Source of the DNA: Theionarchaea archaeon | GTDB lineage: Archaea; Methanobacteriota_B; Thermococci; Methanofastidiosales; SZ-28-30 | NCBI GenBank assembly: GCA_018992565.1 | Contig: JACVGW010000013.1 | Span: 1 to 46,554, forward strand | Reading direction: 5' to 3' | Length of the DNA: 46,554 nt | In this document: positions 1-8,772 of the stretch, in pieces | How the letters are laid out: each line of letters opens with the position of its first letter | Position numbering within the stretch: the stretch's first letter is position 1 | The notes under the pieces: model-generated | The model's input: only the letters and a program-made list of their open reading frames with translations | Database searches by the model: none | What the model was told of the DNA's origin: nothing | Translations under genes and position numbers: made by a program

Positions 1-1
1 G

Positions 2-673
2 GTTGTTGACAACCCACGCAAAATTCTCGCCGAAGTGCTTGATAGTCACTGCTCCTTCCACATCTGTTTCCAGCATGGTGGTGGTGTGCGTGCTACCAGA
101 TTTTCCACTCTTGTTTTCTTTGGCAACTCTCTTGGTTCCCACACCGATAGTCCAGTAGGATGACCCAACAACAACAAAGTTGTTTATCATGAACCACATC
201 AGCAGCTCAGCAAGGGTTGCATTTGCTCCTGTCCTCCGGGTGGTGGCAATAGCCCCTCCCACCTTGTGGTAGAATAGTCCAGGAGGCTTTTCGTCATATG
301 GCCAGCCCAGGTCCTTGACCGGACCATCCACATTATCCAATTCTCTTCCTTCAGCAAGCAGCCCTGCTCTCTCTATCACTGCTTTCATCTTTGCGGTAAC
401 ACTCCCCCAGTACACGGGAGAACCCAGAATAATACCATCTGCTTCATACATCTTCTTCCAGATGGACATGAAATCATCTTTTCTTACACATTCTGCGCGG
501 TTTGATCTGCACCAGTTGCAGGCTGTGCACCCACCAATTATCTTCTTGTCAGCAAGGGTGATCAGCTCTGTCTTAATACCGTAGTCTGAAATGACGTCCA
601 GTGCGCGCTGAATGAATTGCTCCGTATTTCCTTTGAGTCTTTCACTTCCGGAAATTCCGATTACGTTTGGCAT
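2..673 (-). CDS. Iron-sulfur flavoprotein / flavodoxin-like NADPH-dependent FMN reductase family (3' end truncated by window)
   Basis: Not in the ORF track. Manual translation from ATG at 673 gives MPNVIGISGSERLKGNT..CTACNWC-x6-C..ADGIILGSPVYWG, the Isf-type compact Cys motif. The frame stays open to the window edge. Confidence 0.88.
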   Translation of the reverse strand, partial: MPNVIGISGSERLKGNTEQFIQRALDVISDYGIKTELITLADKKIIGGCTACNWCRSNRAECVRKDDFMSIWKKMYEADGIILGSPVYWGSVTAKMKAVIERAGLLAEGRELDNVDGPVKDLGWPYDEKPPGLFYHKVGGAIATTRRTGANATLAELLMWFMINNFVVVGSSYWTIGVGTKRVAKENKSGKSGSTHTTTMLETDVEGAVTIKHFGENFAWVVNN

Positions 674-730
674 GTGTATCACCACTCAAAAGTTGGTCAG
701 TTAATTTATAAATATTTCGGTACTATAATA

Positions 731-759
731 TGACAAATCATCTGAATTGTCAAATCATC
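731..759. promoter_or_regulatory. Candidate operator upstream of the flavoprotein gene
   Basis: TGACAA-N10-TTGTCA inverted repeat (731-752) overlapping direct repeat TGWCAAATCATC (731-742, 748-759), just upstream of TTTATAAA (705-712). Confidence 0.4.
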
Positions 760-889
760 AGTACTAATTGTTATGACATGTCTAATCCAGGTGTCTGGTT
801 GCTAAAAGAACCTGTGCTCTCTCGCTCTCTTCAGTGAACAACATGGTCTCGTGAGAGCCAGATGACAGTGATCCTTGAGAATACATGAA

Positions 890-2494
890 TCAAGGTAGAG
901 GATTAATAATGTCCACCAGGGTATCAAGGATAGACCAGCGTTTGTGGGTGATCAGCTCCCGAGTTATCATTCCATTCTTCGTCTTCTTCAGAGAAGCCAG
1001 GTTCCTGATAGTTGACACTCCCTCCTCTGAAAGGGGTTGACACTCTATGAGAGACGCAAACTTTTCGAAAAGACTCTTGCCTTTTTCCGATCTGACTATC
1101 ACTGAGCTGTACCCCTGAGGGCTGCCCACGCTTCCAACAGAGATATCACTGAGCTCCCCACAGAAGTCCAGGCAGAGAGAGCAGCTCTTCTGAGCGTATG
1201 ATTCGATATATTTCACAGGGATAGTGAACACATTGCGATCTTCTGTCCGCACCCAGAACCGACCTCTGCTGATTCCCATCTTATTCACATATTCCAGGGG
1301 AATTTCTGTTTTGCCTTCCACAATAGAACGTAACTCGCTGAACAGGAAGTTCTCCATGCAGAAAATGCTGATTACCAGAGCTATCTTGGAGTGGTAGTGT
1401 CTGTCTCCAAAGGGATAGGCCATGGCTTTGGCCACTCCCTGCACCTGACAGGGCACCCCCACGAAGGCAATACGGTCAAACCCTCTGTCAACAGCCTCCT
1501 GTATTCCCAGAACATTGGGGGACACACTGTACTTGGTGCCTGCACTTGCGGCCACTTCGCGCGGCGAAGCAACTACCCTAGGAGAGGGGTTCCACCCGTG
1601 ACGGGAACCCGCCACTACAGCGGCGTCCACCACATTGCTCTCCAGCAGGTAACATAGAAAATCAGTGACAATTCCTCCATCCTGGGATACATCTAATGTG
1701 CTCTTACTCCTGGATCGAGCGCTGTACATCTCCTGGTAATATCCCAGGTGCGGGTCAGGACTGTGGTCAAACTTGTCTCTGGAAAGGGCCTCCGCATTGA
1801 AAAAGGTACGCGGACACTGAATGAAACAGGCTCCACATCGAATGCAAGTAGCACCATTGATCTTGGGACGTTGCTCTACAATGGAAATTGCTCTGGTGGG
1901 ACAAGCCATGGCACAGGTTCCGCACCCCATACATGCTTCTGCTTCTGTCACTGCCCGTATGGTACTGGTTCCTGGTGCCTCGAAGTACCGTACTTGGGCA
2001 GTGTCATTATCCAGGACAGCCTTTACAAACTTCTTGAGCCCTTCCTGAGTGGCTGAGCAAACGGGAAGCTTATAATCAAATGATACAACGTCTTCAGCCT
2101 TGGGATGTCTTGTTCTCAAGAACGGACAAAAGAAGGGGAGCAACCTGGAGCAATCTTCAGTGATAAATCCTCCAATAGTAGAACTGCCTGCAGTACAGCT
2201 TCCCACACCTAACAGGATCTTGCTCTTCTCTCTGACAAGTTTAGCCAGTTGAATACTCTCTTCTTTCCCCTGAAGGCAGATAGGCCCATCAATAATGCCA
2301 ATCTCAGCAGCCGGCATCTCCTCCACGGGCTGCTTCTCAAGGATACCTCTTTCCGGGGCCAGAGAATGAGCTACAAAGTACACGTCATCCAGTCCCTCAT
2401 ATATATTGGAATTAATGCATGTCCCGCATGCACCGATCTGCGCCTGGATAATCATGAGAGAGGGTCTACCAGATGCACTTAAAAGTCTTTCCAT
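890..2494 (-). CDS. FrhG-FrhB fusion (hydrogenase small-subunit domain + 2x[4Fe-4S] + F420 hydrogenase/dehydrogenase beta domain)
   Basis: N-terminal GACGTC, DGPI, GSC and PVCS motifs; CMGCGTCAMACP and CIRCGACFIQCP; FrhB motifs QDGGIVT, AGTKY, GVPCQ, FCMENF, CxxCxDF, DISVGSVGS. Confidence 0.85.
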   Translation of the reverse strand: MERLLSASGRPSLMIIQAQIGACGTCINSNIYEGLDDVYFVAHSLAPERGILEKQPVEEMPAAEIGIIDGPICLQGKEESIQLAKLVREKSKILLGVGSCTAGSSTIGGFITEDCSRLLPFFCPFLRTRHPKAEDVVSFDYKLPVCSATQEGLKKFVKAVLDNDTAQVRYFEAPGTSTIRAVTEAEACMGCGTCAMACPTRAISIVEQRPKINGATCIRCGACFIQCPRTFFNAEALSRDKFDHSPDPHLGYYQEMYSARSRSKSTLDVSQDGGIVTDFLCYLLESNVVDAAVVAGSRHGWNPSPRVVASPREVAASAGTKYSVSPNVLGIQEAVDRGFDRIAFVGVPCQVQGVAKAMAYPFGDRHYHSKIALVISIFCMENFLFSELRSIVEGKTEIPLEYVNKMGISRGRFWVRTEDRNVFTIPVKYIESYAQKSCSLCLDFCGELSDISVGSVGSPQGYSSVIVRSEKGKSLFEKFASLIECQPLSEEGVSTIRNLASLKKTKNGMITRELITHKRWSILDTLVDIINPLP

Positions 2495-2665
2495 TTCTGT
2501 AGCAGGCTTTGTCAGTATCTAATTGTTTCTGACGGATAATGCTATAAAGAAAAGTTGCCCAGAGGTTGACAGATGCCCCCAATCCTCAGCGTGGGCTTTC
2601 CCCATTCCTGTTGAGGTCTCAATGAGTCAGCAAAAAATAATAAAATGAGGAAGGATTAGAATTCC

Positions 2666-2752
2666 CTAGGGGAATAGAGCATAGGTATCGGGAAGGTTTT
2701 CTGAATCTTTCCTCGGGGGCCTTCTTACTCTGTATTTAGGTCTTCTACTCAT
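2666..2752 (-). CDS. Putative 28-aa Arg/Pro-rich microprotein or leader peptide MSRRPKYRVRRPPRKDSENLPDTYALFP
   Basis: GGAGGTG SD about 7 nt before ATG, TTTATATA box near 2844-2851, and a T-rich tract downstream (2631-2646). Confidence 0.6.
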   Translation of the reverse strand: MSRRPKYRVRRPPRKDSENLPDTYALFP

Positions 2753-3004
2753 CTTAAGACACCTCCTCTCCTTTATTTCAGCTCGCGAAGCTTCCTGCGA
2801 TCGATGTTACACCCTTTCCCAAGCTCTTTTTAGCGATATCCTCTATATAAATGTTACCTTTATCTTATGTAAGCAATTCTGCGGGTTCAAAGAGAATACT
2901 CTCAAGTAAAAATCTCTGAAAATCCTCCTCATTTCATGTTAGCTATTTATACTGAGTATTTCTTTCCCGAAGACTTCGGAGACTGCCAGATTGACCGGGG
3001 TATA

Positions 3005-4375
3005 TTACTGTGTATTCACTTTCCTGATAATTCCTCGAGCTGCAATGATCCCTGTGACCCCAGCATAAATGATCCCTCTGGAGAATCCAGAAGCATCCCC
3101 AGCCACAAAGAACCGCGGAACCTGGGTCTCTAGGTCCCGGGTTACCACATATGAGGTATCATAGAATTTGATTTCGGGAGCATAGAGCAAGGTGCTATCA
3201 GAGGCAATTCCTTCTATGACTGCATCCAGCCGCTCAATACCCTCGATCATGTTCTTCACAATTCGGTTGGGGAGAGCCATGGCTATGTCTCCAGGGGTTA
3301 CATCTCTGAGAGTGGGTGAAATCAAAGCACGTGAAAGACGGGACCAGGTAGACCGTTTTCCCCTGATCAGGTCCTTATATCTTTGAAGAATAGGTTTTCC
3401 ACCTCCGATGGTATTTGCCAGCCGGGCTATGGACCTGCCGTACTCTGTCGTATCCTCTACGGGGTCAGTCAGTTCGACTCGAGAAAGCAAAGCCAGATTG
3501 GTATTCTCGCTCTTCACATCTTTGCGGGCATCTCCATTGACAAGTACAAATGATTCATATTTCTCTACAGTAACAAACCCATGTGGGTTGGTGCAGAATG
3601 TTCTCACAAAATCATCATAGGTTTTAGTGTATAAGTGGAACTTCGCGTCGTACATAACATGCTCAATAGATGTATAGAGCTCTGCTGGAAACTCAACTCG
3701 CACTCCCACATCAATAGGGCCATATTTGGACTGTGCACCCAGCGAATTTGCCTTTGTCCTCAGCCAGTATGCACCTGCTCTGCCAGGAGCAGCCAGGAGG
3801 TAGTCGCAGGTGATGTTGCCTTTGGTGGTCTTCAGGACAAATTCATTATCTCTTTTCCTTATGTCTTCTACCTTGGTCTGCAACCGAAATGTCACTCCCT
3901 GCTCTTTTAGATATTCGTAGAAGTGGGACACTATCATTCGCGTTCTGTCTGTGCCCATATGTCTCTGCTTTCCTGAAATGAATTCAATGTTACTTGAAGA
4001 GGCTTTTCGCTTCAACCATTCCAGCGATGTATCATCCACACCATAACTATCAGTATCGGCACCAAATTTCAGGAAAACTTCATCAATGTAATTAATGAGT
4101 TCCTGGATCTCTTCAGGGGTCCTCCTCAATGACTGGGGGTCTCCTCCGATCTTGTATGTTAGATTCAGTTTTCCATCAGAGAGAGCGCCCGCTCCACCCA
4201 CTCCAGAGGTAATCTGGCAGGGACTGCAATTAATGCAGTTGCTGTGAGAGGCCACTGGACACTTCCTCTTGAGAGGTTCTGACCCTTCCTCCATCACTGT
4301 CACGGATACATGGGGCGCCAATTCCAAAGCGGCAAAAAGACCTGCAGGACCCGCTCCCAGTATAGCCACGTGCAT
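3005..4375 (-). CDS. FAD/NAD(P)-dependent oxidoreductase (COG2509-like)
   Basis: MHVAILGAGPAG Rossmann start, Cys cluster, GGAGALSDGK, RTFCTNPHG, AGDASG. Start moved to ATG 4375. Confidence 0.85.
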   Translation of the reverse strand: MHVAILGAGPAGLFAALELAPHVSVTVMEEGSEPLKRKCPVASHSNCINCSPCQITSGVGGAGALSDGKLNLTYKIGGDPQSLRRTPEEIQELINYIDEVFLKFGADTDSYGVDDTSLEWLKRKASSSNIEFISGKQRHMGTDRTRMIVSHFYEYLKEQGVTFRLQTKVEDIRKRDNEFVLKTTKGNITCDYLLAAPGRAGAYWLRTKANSLGAQSKYGPIDVGVRVEFPAELYTSIEHVMYDAKFHLYTKTYDDFVRTFCTNPHGFVTVEKYESFVLVNGDARKDVKSENTNLALLSRVELTDPVEDTTEYGRSIARLANTIGGGKPILQRYKDLIRGKRSTWSRLSRALISPTLRDVTPGDIAMALPNRIVKNMIEGIERLDAVIEGIASDSTLLYAPEIKFYDTSYVVTRDLETQVPRFFVAGDASGFSRGIIYAGVTGIIAARGIIRKVNTQ

Positions 4376-4463
4376 GAGTGCTGTCAAATGTTTTAGATTA
4401 TATAGATTTTGGTTTGTCAGTCCAGCCCACATGTATAAAACTGAAAGACACGGTTCTTACTGT

Positions 4464-5165
4464 ATGTTACACGTGGGAATCTGTGGATTTTCAGTATCTC
4501 AAAAAGAGCTTTTTGACACGTTCCGATTAGTGGAAGTACAGAAGACATTCTACAGTCCTCCCATGGAAAAAACAGTCAAAAGATGGAGAAAAAACGCTCC
4601 TGAAGACTTTGAGTTCACTGTCAAGGCCTGGCAGGTGATCACTCACCCCTCATCCAGCCCCACATATCGAAAAATGTCAAGAGAAGCAGGAAATCCCGAC
4701 CACTTTGGCTTCTTCCAGCCTACCAGGGAAGTAAGTAATGCGTTTGACATTACAGCATCACTTGCCCAGCTGTTAGAAGCCAGAATAATCGTATTTCAGA
4801 CCCCAAAGTCTTTCAAGCAAAGTTCGAAGGCTATTGGCAATATAAGGGGGTTCTTTTCCTCTTTGCCAGAGAAGTTCACCTATGTGTGGGAGTCGAGAGG
4901 TGATTGGGACCCTGCAACTATCCAGGATCTCTGTGAGGACCTTGGGATCATTGATGGAGTTGATCCCTTCAGGAGAAGGCCCACCACAGAACAGAAGTAT
5001 TTCAGACTTCATGGAAGCCCTCCTGGAAAGAACATGTATTCATACACATACACACTCGAAGACTTAGAAAAGCTCAGAGCCTGCTGCAGAGACCAGGATT
5101 ATGTCCTGTTCAACAACATGTCAATGGTTGATGATGCGCACAGCTTCCTCGCTTTGCTTCAGTGA
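4464..5165 (+). CDS. DUF72 domain protein
   Basis: VGICGF, VEVQKTFY, FEFTVKAWQVITH, FQTP, YFRLHG, YVLFNN. Start moved to ATG 4464. Confidence 0.88.
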   Translation: MLHVGICGFSVSQKELFDTFRLVEVQKTFYSPPMEKTVKRWRKNAPEDFEFTVKAWQVITHPSSSPTYRKMSREAGNPDHFGFFQPTREVSNAFDITASLAQLLEARIIVFQTPKSFKQSSKAIGNIRGFFSSLPEKFTYVWESRGDWDPATIQDLCEDLGIIDGVDPFRRRPTTEQKYFRLHGSPPGKNMYSYTYTLEDLEKLRACCRDQDYVLFNNMSMVDDAHSFLALLQ

Positions 5166-5188
5166 CCACAAAAATACTCCGAAATAGA

Positions 5189-5263
5189 TGGGGCCGCCGA
5201 GATTTGAACTCGGGTATCAGGCTCCCAAAGCCTGGAGGATGGACCAAGCTACCCTACGGCCCC
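5189..5263 (-). tRNA. tRNA-Pro(UGG)
   Basis: Reverse complement GGGGCCGTAGGGTAGCTTGGTCCATCCTCCAGGCTTTGGGAGCCTGATACCCGAGTTCAAATCTCGGCGGCCCCA folds as a cloverleaf with a 7-bp acceptor stem, anticodon TGG and TTCAAAT T-loop. No encoded CCA and no intron. Confidence 0.97.
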
Positions 5264-5360
5264 AAAGGCCCCGGTGGCTCATCCTATTCATCTCACCTTA
5301 AAAGCTTTTTGAGTCTGAGATATTGATTACCGAAAGCTTTAAATAGTATCGCCACCAATA

Positions 5361-5885
5361 ATGATTAGTGATATTATGGTAACCACACTCTTGAAGCGCG
5401 GGTTCGGGTTAAAACCCCCGAACACACAGAAGAAAGAGAACCTGGAAGCAGGAACAGCCTATTTCATGAAGGAAAACAAGCCATACGAGAGCTATAAGAC
5501 ATTCTCCGAGTTATCAAAGCGCAGGAACATCCTCATTATTACCAGAGTTCACCCCAGTCGTCTCAAGAAACGGTTTGATTTTGGCTCTGAGATTCTGTGG
5601 CTGTCTACAGTGGAAACAAAGTGCAGCATTGAACCAACACAATTAAGCAAGATGGCTTTCATTATCAGTCATTTCGTTAAAACCAATGGTGGAGGAGCAG
5701 TACTCCTGGATGGTATTGAATATCTCATTCTACAGAACGACTTTGATTCTGTACTCAAATTCATCTGTTCAGTATCAGACTATGTGTCCCTCCATAACGG
5801 TATCCTGCTTTTGCCTCTCAATCCTCTGGCGCTTTCCAGGTCCCAGATGAAGATGTTGGAACGCGAACTGGAATCCATCAATTAA
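5361..5885 (+). CDS. DUF835 domain protein (archaeal, RecA/KaiC-like fold)
   Basis: LIITRVHP, ILWLS, VLLDGIEYLILQNDFDSVLKF, LEREL. Confidence 0.8.
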   Translation: MISDIMVTTLLKRGFGLKPPNTQKKENLEAGTAYFMKENKPYESYKTFSELSKRRNILIITRVHPSRLKKRFDFGSEILWLSTVETKCSIEPTQLSKMAFIISHFVKTNGGGAVLLDGIEYLILQNDFDSVLKFICSVSDYVSLHNGILLLPLNPLALSRSQMKMLERELESIN

Positions 5886-5939
5886 GGTTGTAATCCTGTA
5901 CGTTCTCCCACAGTTCGCCTGTGTTAGTCAAGCAAGGAA

Positions 5940-7298
5940 TCAGGTGAAAGACTGTTCTGATTTGAACTTCTCATACAATGATCTCAGACTGCCTGTTTGA
6001 GCAAATTCAATTCCCGGGGGCATCTCTCCACCCCTGCTGAGATAGTTCCACCACTGGACTACAAATCCGCCCACAGCCATTTCTCTCAATTTGCCATTCT
6101 TCCTGTACTTGGGAAGATCAAGTTCCTTTTCCAGAAGCCTGACGTCACTGACTGTGTCTCCGCCATTGACAAAGAGAGTCTTCACATTTCGAAGCATTTC
6201 TTTCATGAAGAGGAACGTTCCGGACTCAGTCTTGTTCGCCAGTGCCGAACGGGGTTCAACGCTGCCATTCTGTAAGAAAACACGCTTCGCACAGATATTG
6301 CCCATCATAGTCATGGTATTAGGTCCCACAGAAATGAGACGACCTTTGTTAATGTCCTTGAGGTTGACAACGCGTTCTCTTCCATTAATCTGAACGATAA
6401 CATCAATTGGGAGGATTGCCTGAATAGTCTGAGCTTCAATTTTCTTGGCAAGGGCAAGTGCTTTCCTCTTGGCTTTTTCCCATTCCGAGGAATACAGGTC
6501 CTCCAGGAGCTGGCGATTGGCTTTTCCAATGCTGTTGGGAAGCGTCCTGCCCAGGCTGCTCTTCTCGTTTATGAGGGCCCACAACAACAAGACAAAGACA
6601 GGTCCACCCATGAGGCCCACAATAACGTCTTCTCTGTTCTCGGTCACCAGAATTGCATCCAGTTTTGAAGACTTGGCCCCTGCGATCCCCCAGATTTTCA
6701 ATCCTTCGTCCACCGCAAAGAGCTGGGTTGCTTCTTCCAGCTCGCGGATGAAGTAGTCATTGCAGAAACATCCATCAGTAAACACGCGAAGTGAGAGGTT
6801 GTCCCTGTGGCAGCAAGGAAGGGCCCCATTGATCTTGGGTAGCCCCTTGAGCAGCCTCCATAGGTCGGTCTGAGAGGAGTCCCTGGGCGGATTCCTTTCT
6901 TCGGGAACTGCTTTTCTCACGTTGTCCAGGAAGATTACGGAAGATGTATGGGTTTGATCTGCCTTCTTAAGTTTTTCAAGGGTATCGACCATGATAATAT
7001 CTGTAATTTCAGGAGAAATCGGATCAAGCTTTCTCTCAATTTCAGACTTTAAAATGTCAAAATTGTCCTTGAGTGAGCCACCCTCTATGGAGGAGTGGGA
7101 TGTGGACAAGATGTTGGCCTGAGGAGTCTGGAGTTGACGTATCTGGAGAATGGTCTCTGTAGCCTGCTCAACTTTGACAGAGGGTTCAGGAGGTTCGTTG
7201 ATGTCTGTCCTGAAAAAAACAGTTCCCATGTGGTCTCGTGCATCTGACAGGTCCGCCAGAATGACCTCTTCAGGACCTTTGATAAGTTTCATGTTCAT
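5940..7298 (-). CDS. Highly divergent phosphoglycerate kinase-like protein
   Basis: Collinear degenerate PGK motifs: RTDINEP, TSH, LDNVR, HR, GAKSSK, MGGP, LPIDV, VGPNT, QNG, GGDT, VGG. Start uncertain (7298 or 7292). Confidence 0.7.
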   Translation of the reverse strand: MNMKLIKGPEEVILADLSDARDHMGTVFFRTDINEPPEPSVKVEQATETILQIRQLQTPQANILSTSHSSIEGGSLKDNFDILKSEIERKLDPISPEITDIIMVDTLEKLKKADQTHTSSVIFLDNVRKAVPEERNPPRDSSQTDLWRLLKGLPKINGALPCCHRDNLSLRVFTDGCFCNDYFIRELEEATQLFAVDEGLKIWGIAGAKSSKLDAILVTENREDVIVGLMGGPVFVLLLWALINEKSSLGRTLPNSIGKANRQLLEDLYSSEWEKAKRKALALAKKIEAQTIQAILPIDVIVQINGRERVVNLKDINKGRLISVGPNTMTMMGNICAKRVFLQNGSVEPRSALANKTESGTFLFMKEMLRNVKTLFVNGGDTVSDVRLLEKELDLPKYRKNGKLREMAVGGFVVQWWNYLSRGGEMPPGIEFAQTGSLRSLYEKFKSEQSFT

Positions 7299-7447
7299 AA
7301 TATATGTTGCCACTATAAAAGTATTTGCCCGGCAAGGTGGTGAGCACAATCAGACACTTCACAGAGGATTTTGAGTCTTATCTGCACTTTGCACCATGAA
7401 ACGCTCCATGACAAAGCGTTACTTCCTAATTTAACCTGCAAATTCCT

Positions 7448-7966
7448 CTAGAATTTCGTATCTTCAGATGACTGAAGCAATTCAAGAAATTTCAGGTACT
7501 CTTCGTGACCAAGCCTAAATCCTTTCCTAATCATCGAATTCACTTTGTCTCTTGCTTCTTCTCTTTCCAGGATCTTCCGCCTTACCATCAAGAAGATGAG
7601 AAACGATGTTCCGTGAACCTCTATCCCGAGGATGGTTGCAGTGTCTCTGGCAATGCTTTCATCCAGGATAGCTATCCCGTTCCTGCACTTTGCCAGAGTC
7701 AGAACCTCCAGCTCACCCTCATGAAGTCCTGCTTCTATGCTCTTCAGTATCTTCATGAATCCATTTTCAACTTCTACGACCTGCAGGACCCCTTGCTCCA
7801 CCAGTTCCTCTGTTACAAGTGCATCAGCCTCGCCTCTCATCTTTCGATTGACTATGACCTGCTGATAGACCTGTGGAGGAATAATCTTCTCTCCTCCTAG
7901 ATCTGCTAGAACCTGCTGTAATCCTACCTTATTCAGATACATGAGGGGAGAAGAATCAAAACCCAT
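7448..7966 (-). CDS. PIN-domain (DUF3368-like) putative toxin
   Basis: FDSSPL, IPPQVY, LHEGELEVL, ILDESIAR, VHGT. Starts 1 nt after the antitoxin stop. Confidence 0.82.
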   Translation of the reverse strand: MGFDSSPLMYLNKVGLQQVLADLGGEKIIPPQVYQQVIVNRKMRGEADALVTEELVEQGVLQVVEVENGFMKILKSIEAGLHEGELEVLTLAKCRNGIAILDESIARDTATILGIEVHGTSFLIFLMVRRKILEREEARDKVNSMIRKGFRLGHEEYLKFLELLQSSEDTKF

Positions 7967-7967
7967 A

Positions 7968-8270
7968 TCACCTTATCGCCGCCTCATAATCTCGCTGTAT
8001 GTCCTCTGCAGTTATGTGAAGTGAGAGTCCATTATCGCGTATCAAATCCATCATGTCCCTTACTGATACACCTGCAATTTCTGCTGCCCTGGCCAATGTC
8101 ACTTTTTTTCCCCTAAATAATTCAAGAACACATTTTTTCAGCTCTTCATTTGCTCCAATATCCAATAATTTTCTAATCAAATCAGATTTCTCCATCTTTT
8201 CAATTTTAAGTAGTCTCTCAAGCTTTTTTTCGATTTCTTCAGTAGGTCTGATAGACAGAGGTTTCTGCAT
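7968..8270 (-). CDS. UPF0175-family putative antitoxin (RHH + HTH)
   Basis: LSIR..KSDLIRKLL, then VTLARAAEIAGVS; lies directly upstream of the PIN gene. Confidence 0.82.
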   Translation of the reverse strand: MQKPLSIRPTEEIEKKLERLLKIEKMEKSDLIRKLLDIGANEELKKCVLELFRGKKVTLARAAEIAGVSVRDMMDLIRDNGLSLHITAEDIQRDYEAAIR

Positions 8271-8463
8271 GTTTACATGTTGGGGTTTTGTGTACTGAAG
8301 GGTGTCGCTTCCTCAATCTTCAGAATCTTTCGTAAGCCCACATAGGAAAGAAATTAAAAATCCCTTCAGGTTTTCCTGAGAATACAATGACAGGAAATAA
8401 ACAGGACACACAAAAGAGAAACCTATTTCGAGAATTTGAGAATTTCAAATGGGAATAGTATCA

Positions 8464-8645
8464 TCACAAGCCTGGCCCCAATCCCCTTTTCTTCATGGCT
8501 TTCAAGTCTTTTGCCCAGGTCATTCTTTCGTTCACTAATCTTGACTTTGTTCTATGCACGCTTTTGAGTCTCTGCAATCTTAGAATGGACTGAATCCTCT
8601 TTCTCTGCAGCACCTTACGACTTCACAGGACATGTCTTTTCTCTG
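8464..8645 (-). pseudogene. Decayed DUF3795-like remnant
   Basis: Reads MSCEVVRCCRERGFSPF*DCRDSKAC, then in another frame KDLKAMKKRGL. These align with CHIAKCCRKKGFFACYECDELETC and RNLKDIKEMGL of the ORF at 12573-13037. Confidence 0.55.
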
Positions 8646-8740
8646 TTTCTAATAGTTCCTGGATCATTCAGGTCATTACTCAAATATTACAGGTTGCTAT
8701 CTCCCCTGAGAAGTGGAGGGACCGGGAAAAAATCACGTTT

Positions 8741-8770
8741 GAAAAAGAAAAAAGAAAACAAAGCAAAGAG
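8741..8770 (-). terminator. Oligo-T terminator of C25 protease 1
   Basis: Long T-rich tract on the minus strand right after the stop at 8773. Confidence 0.6.
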
Positions 8771-8772
8771 AT

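Noticed and set aside
5189..5263. tRNA-Pro as an integration site of a mobile element
   Set aside because: I saw no duplicate of the tRNA end and no integrase in the window.
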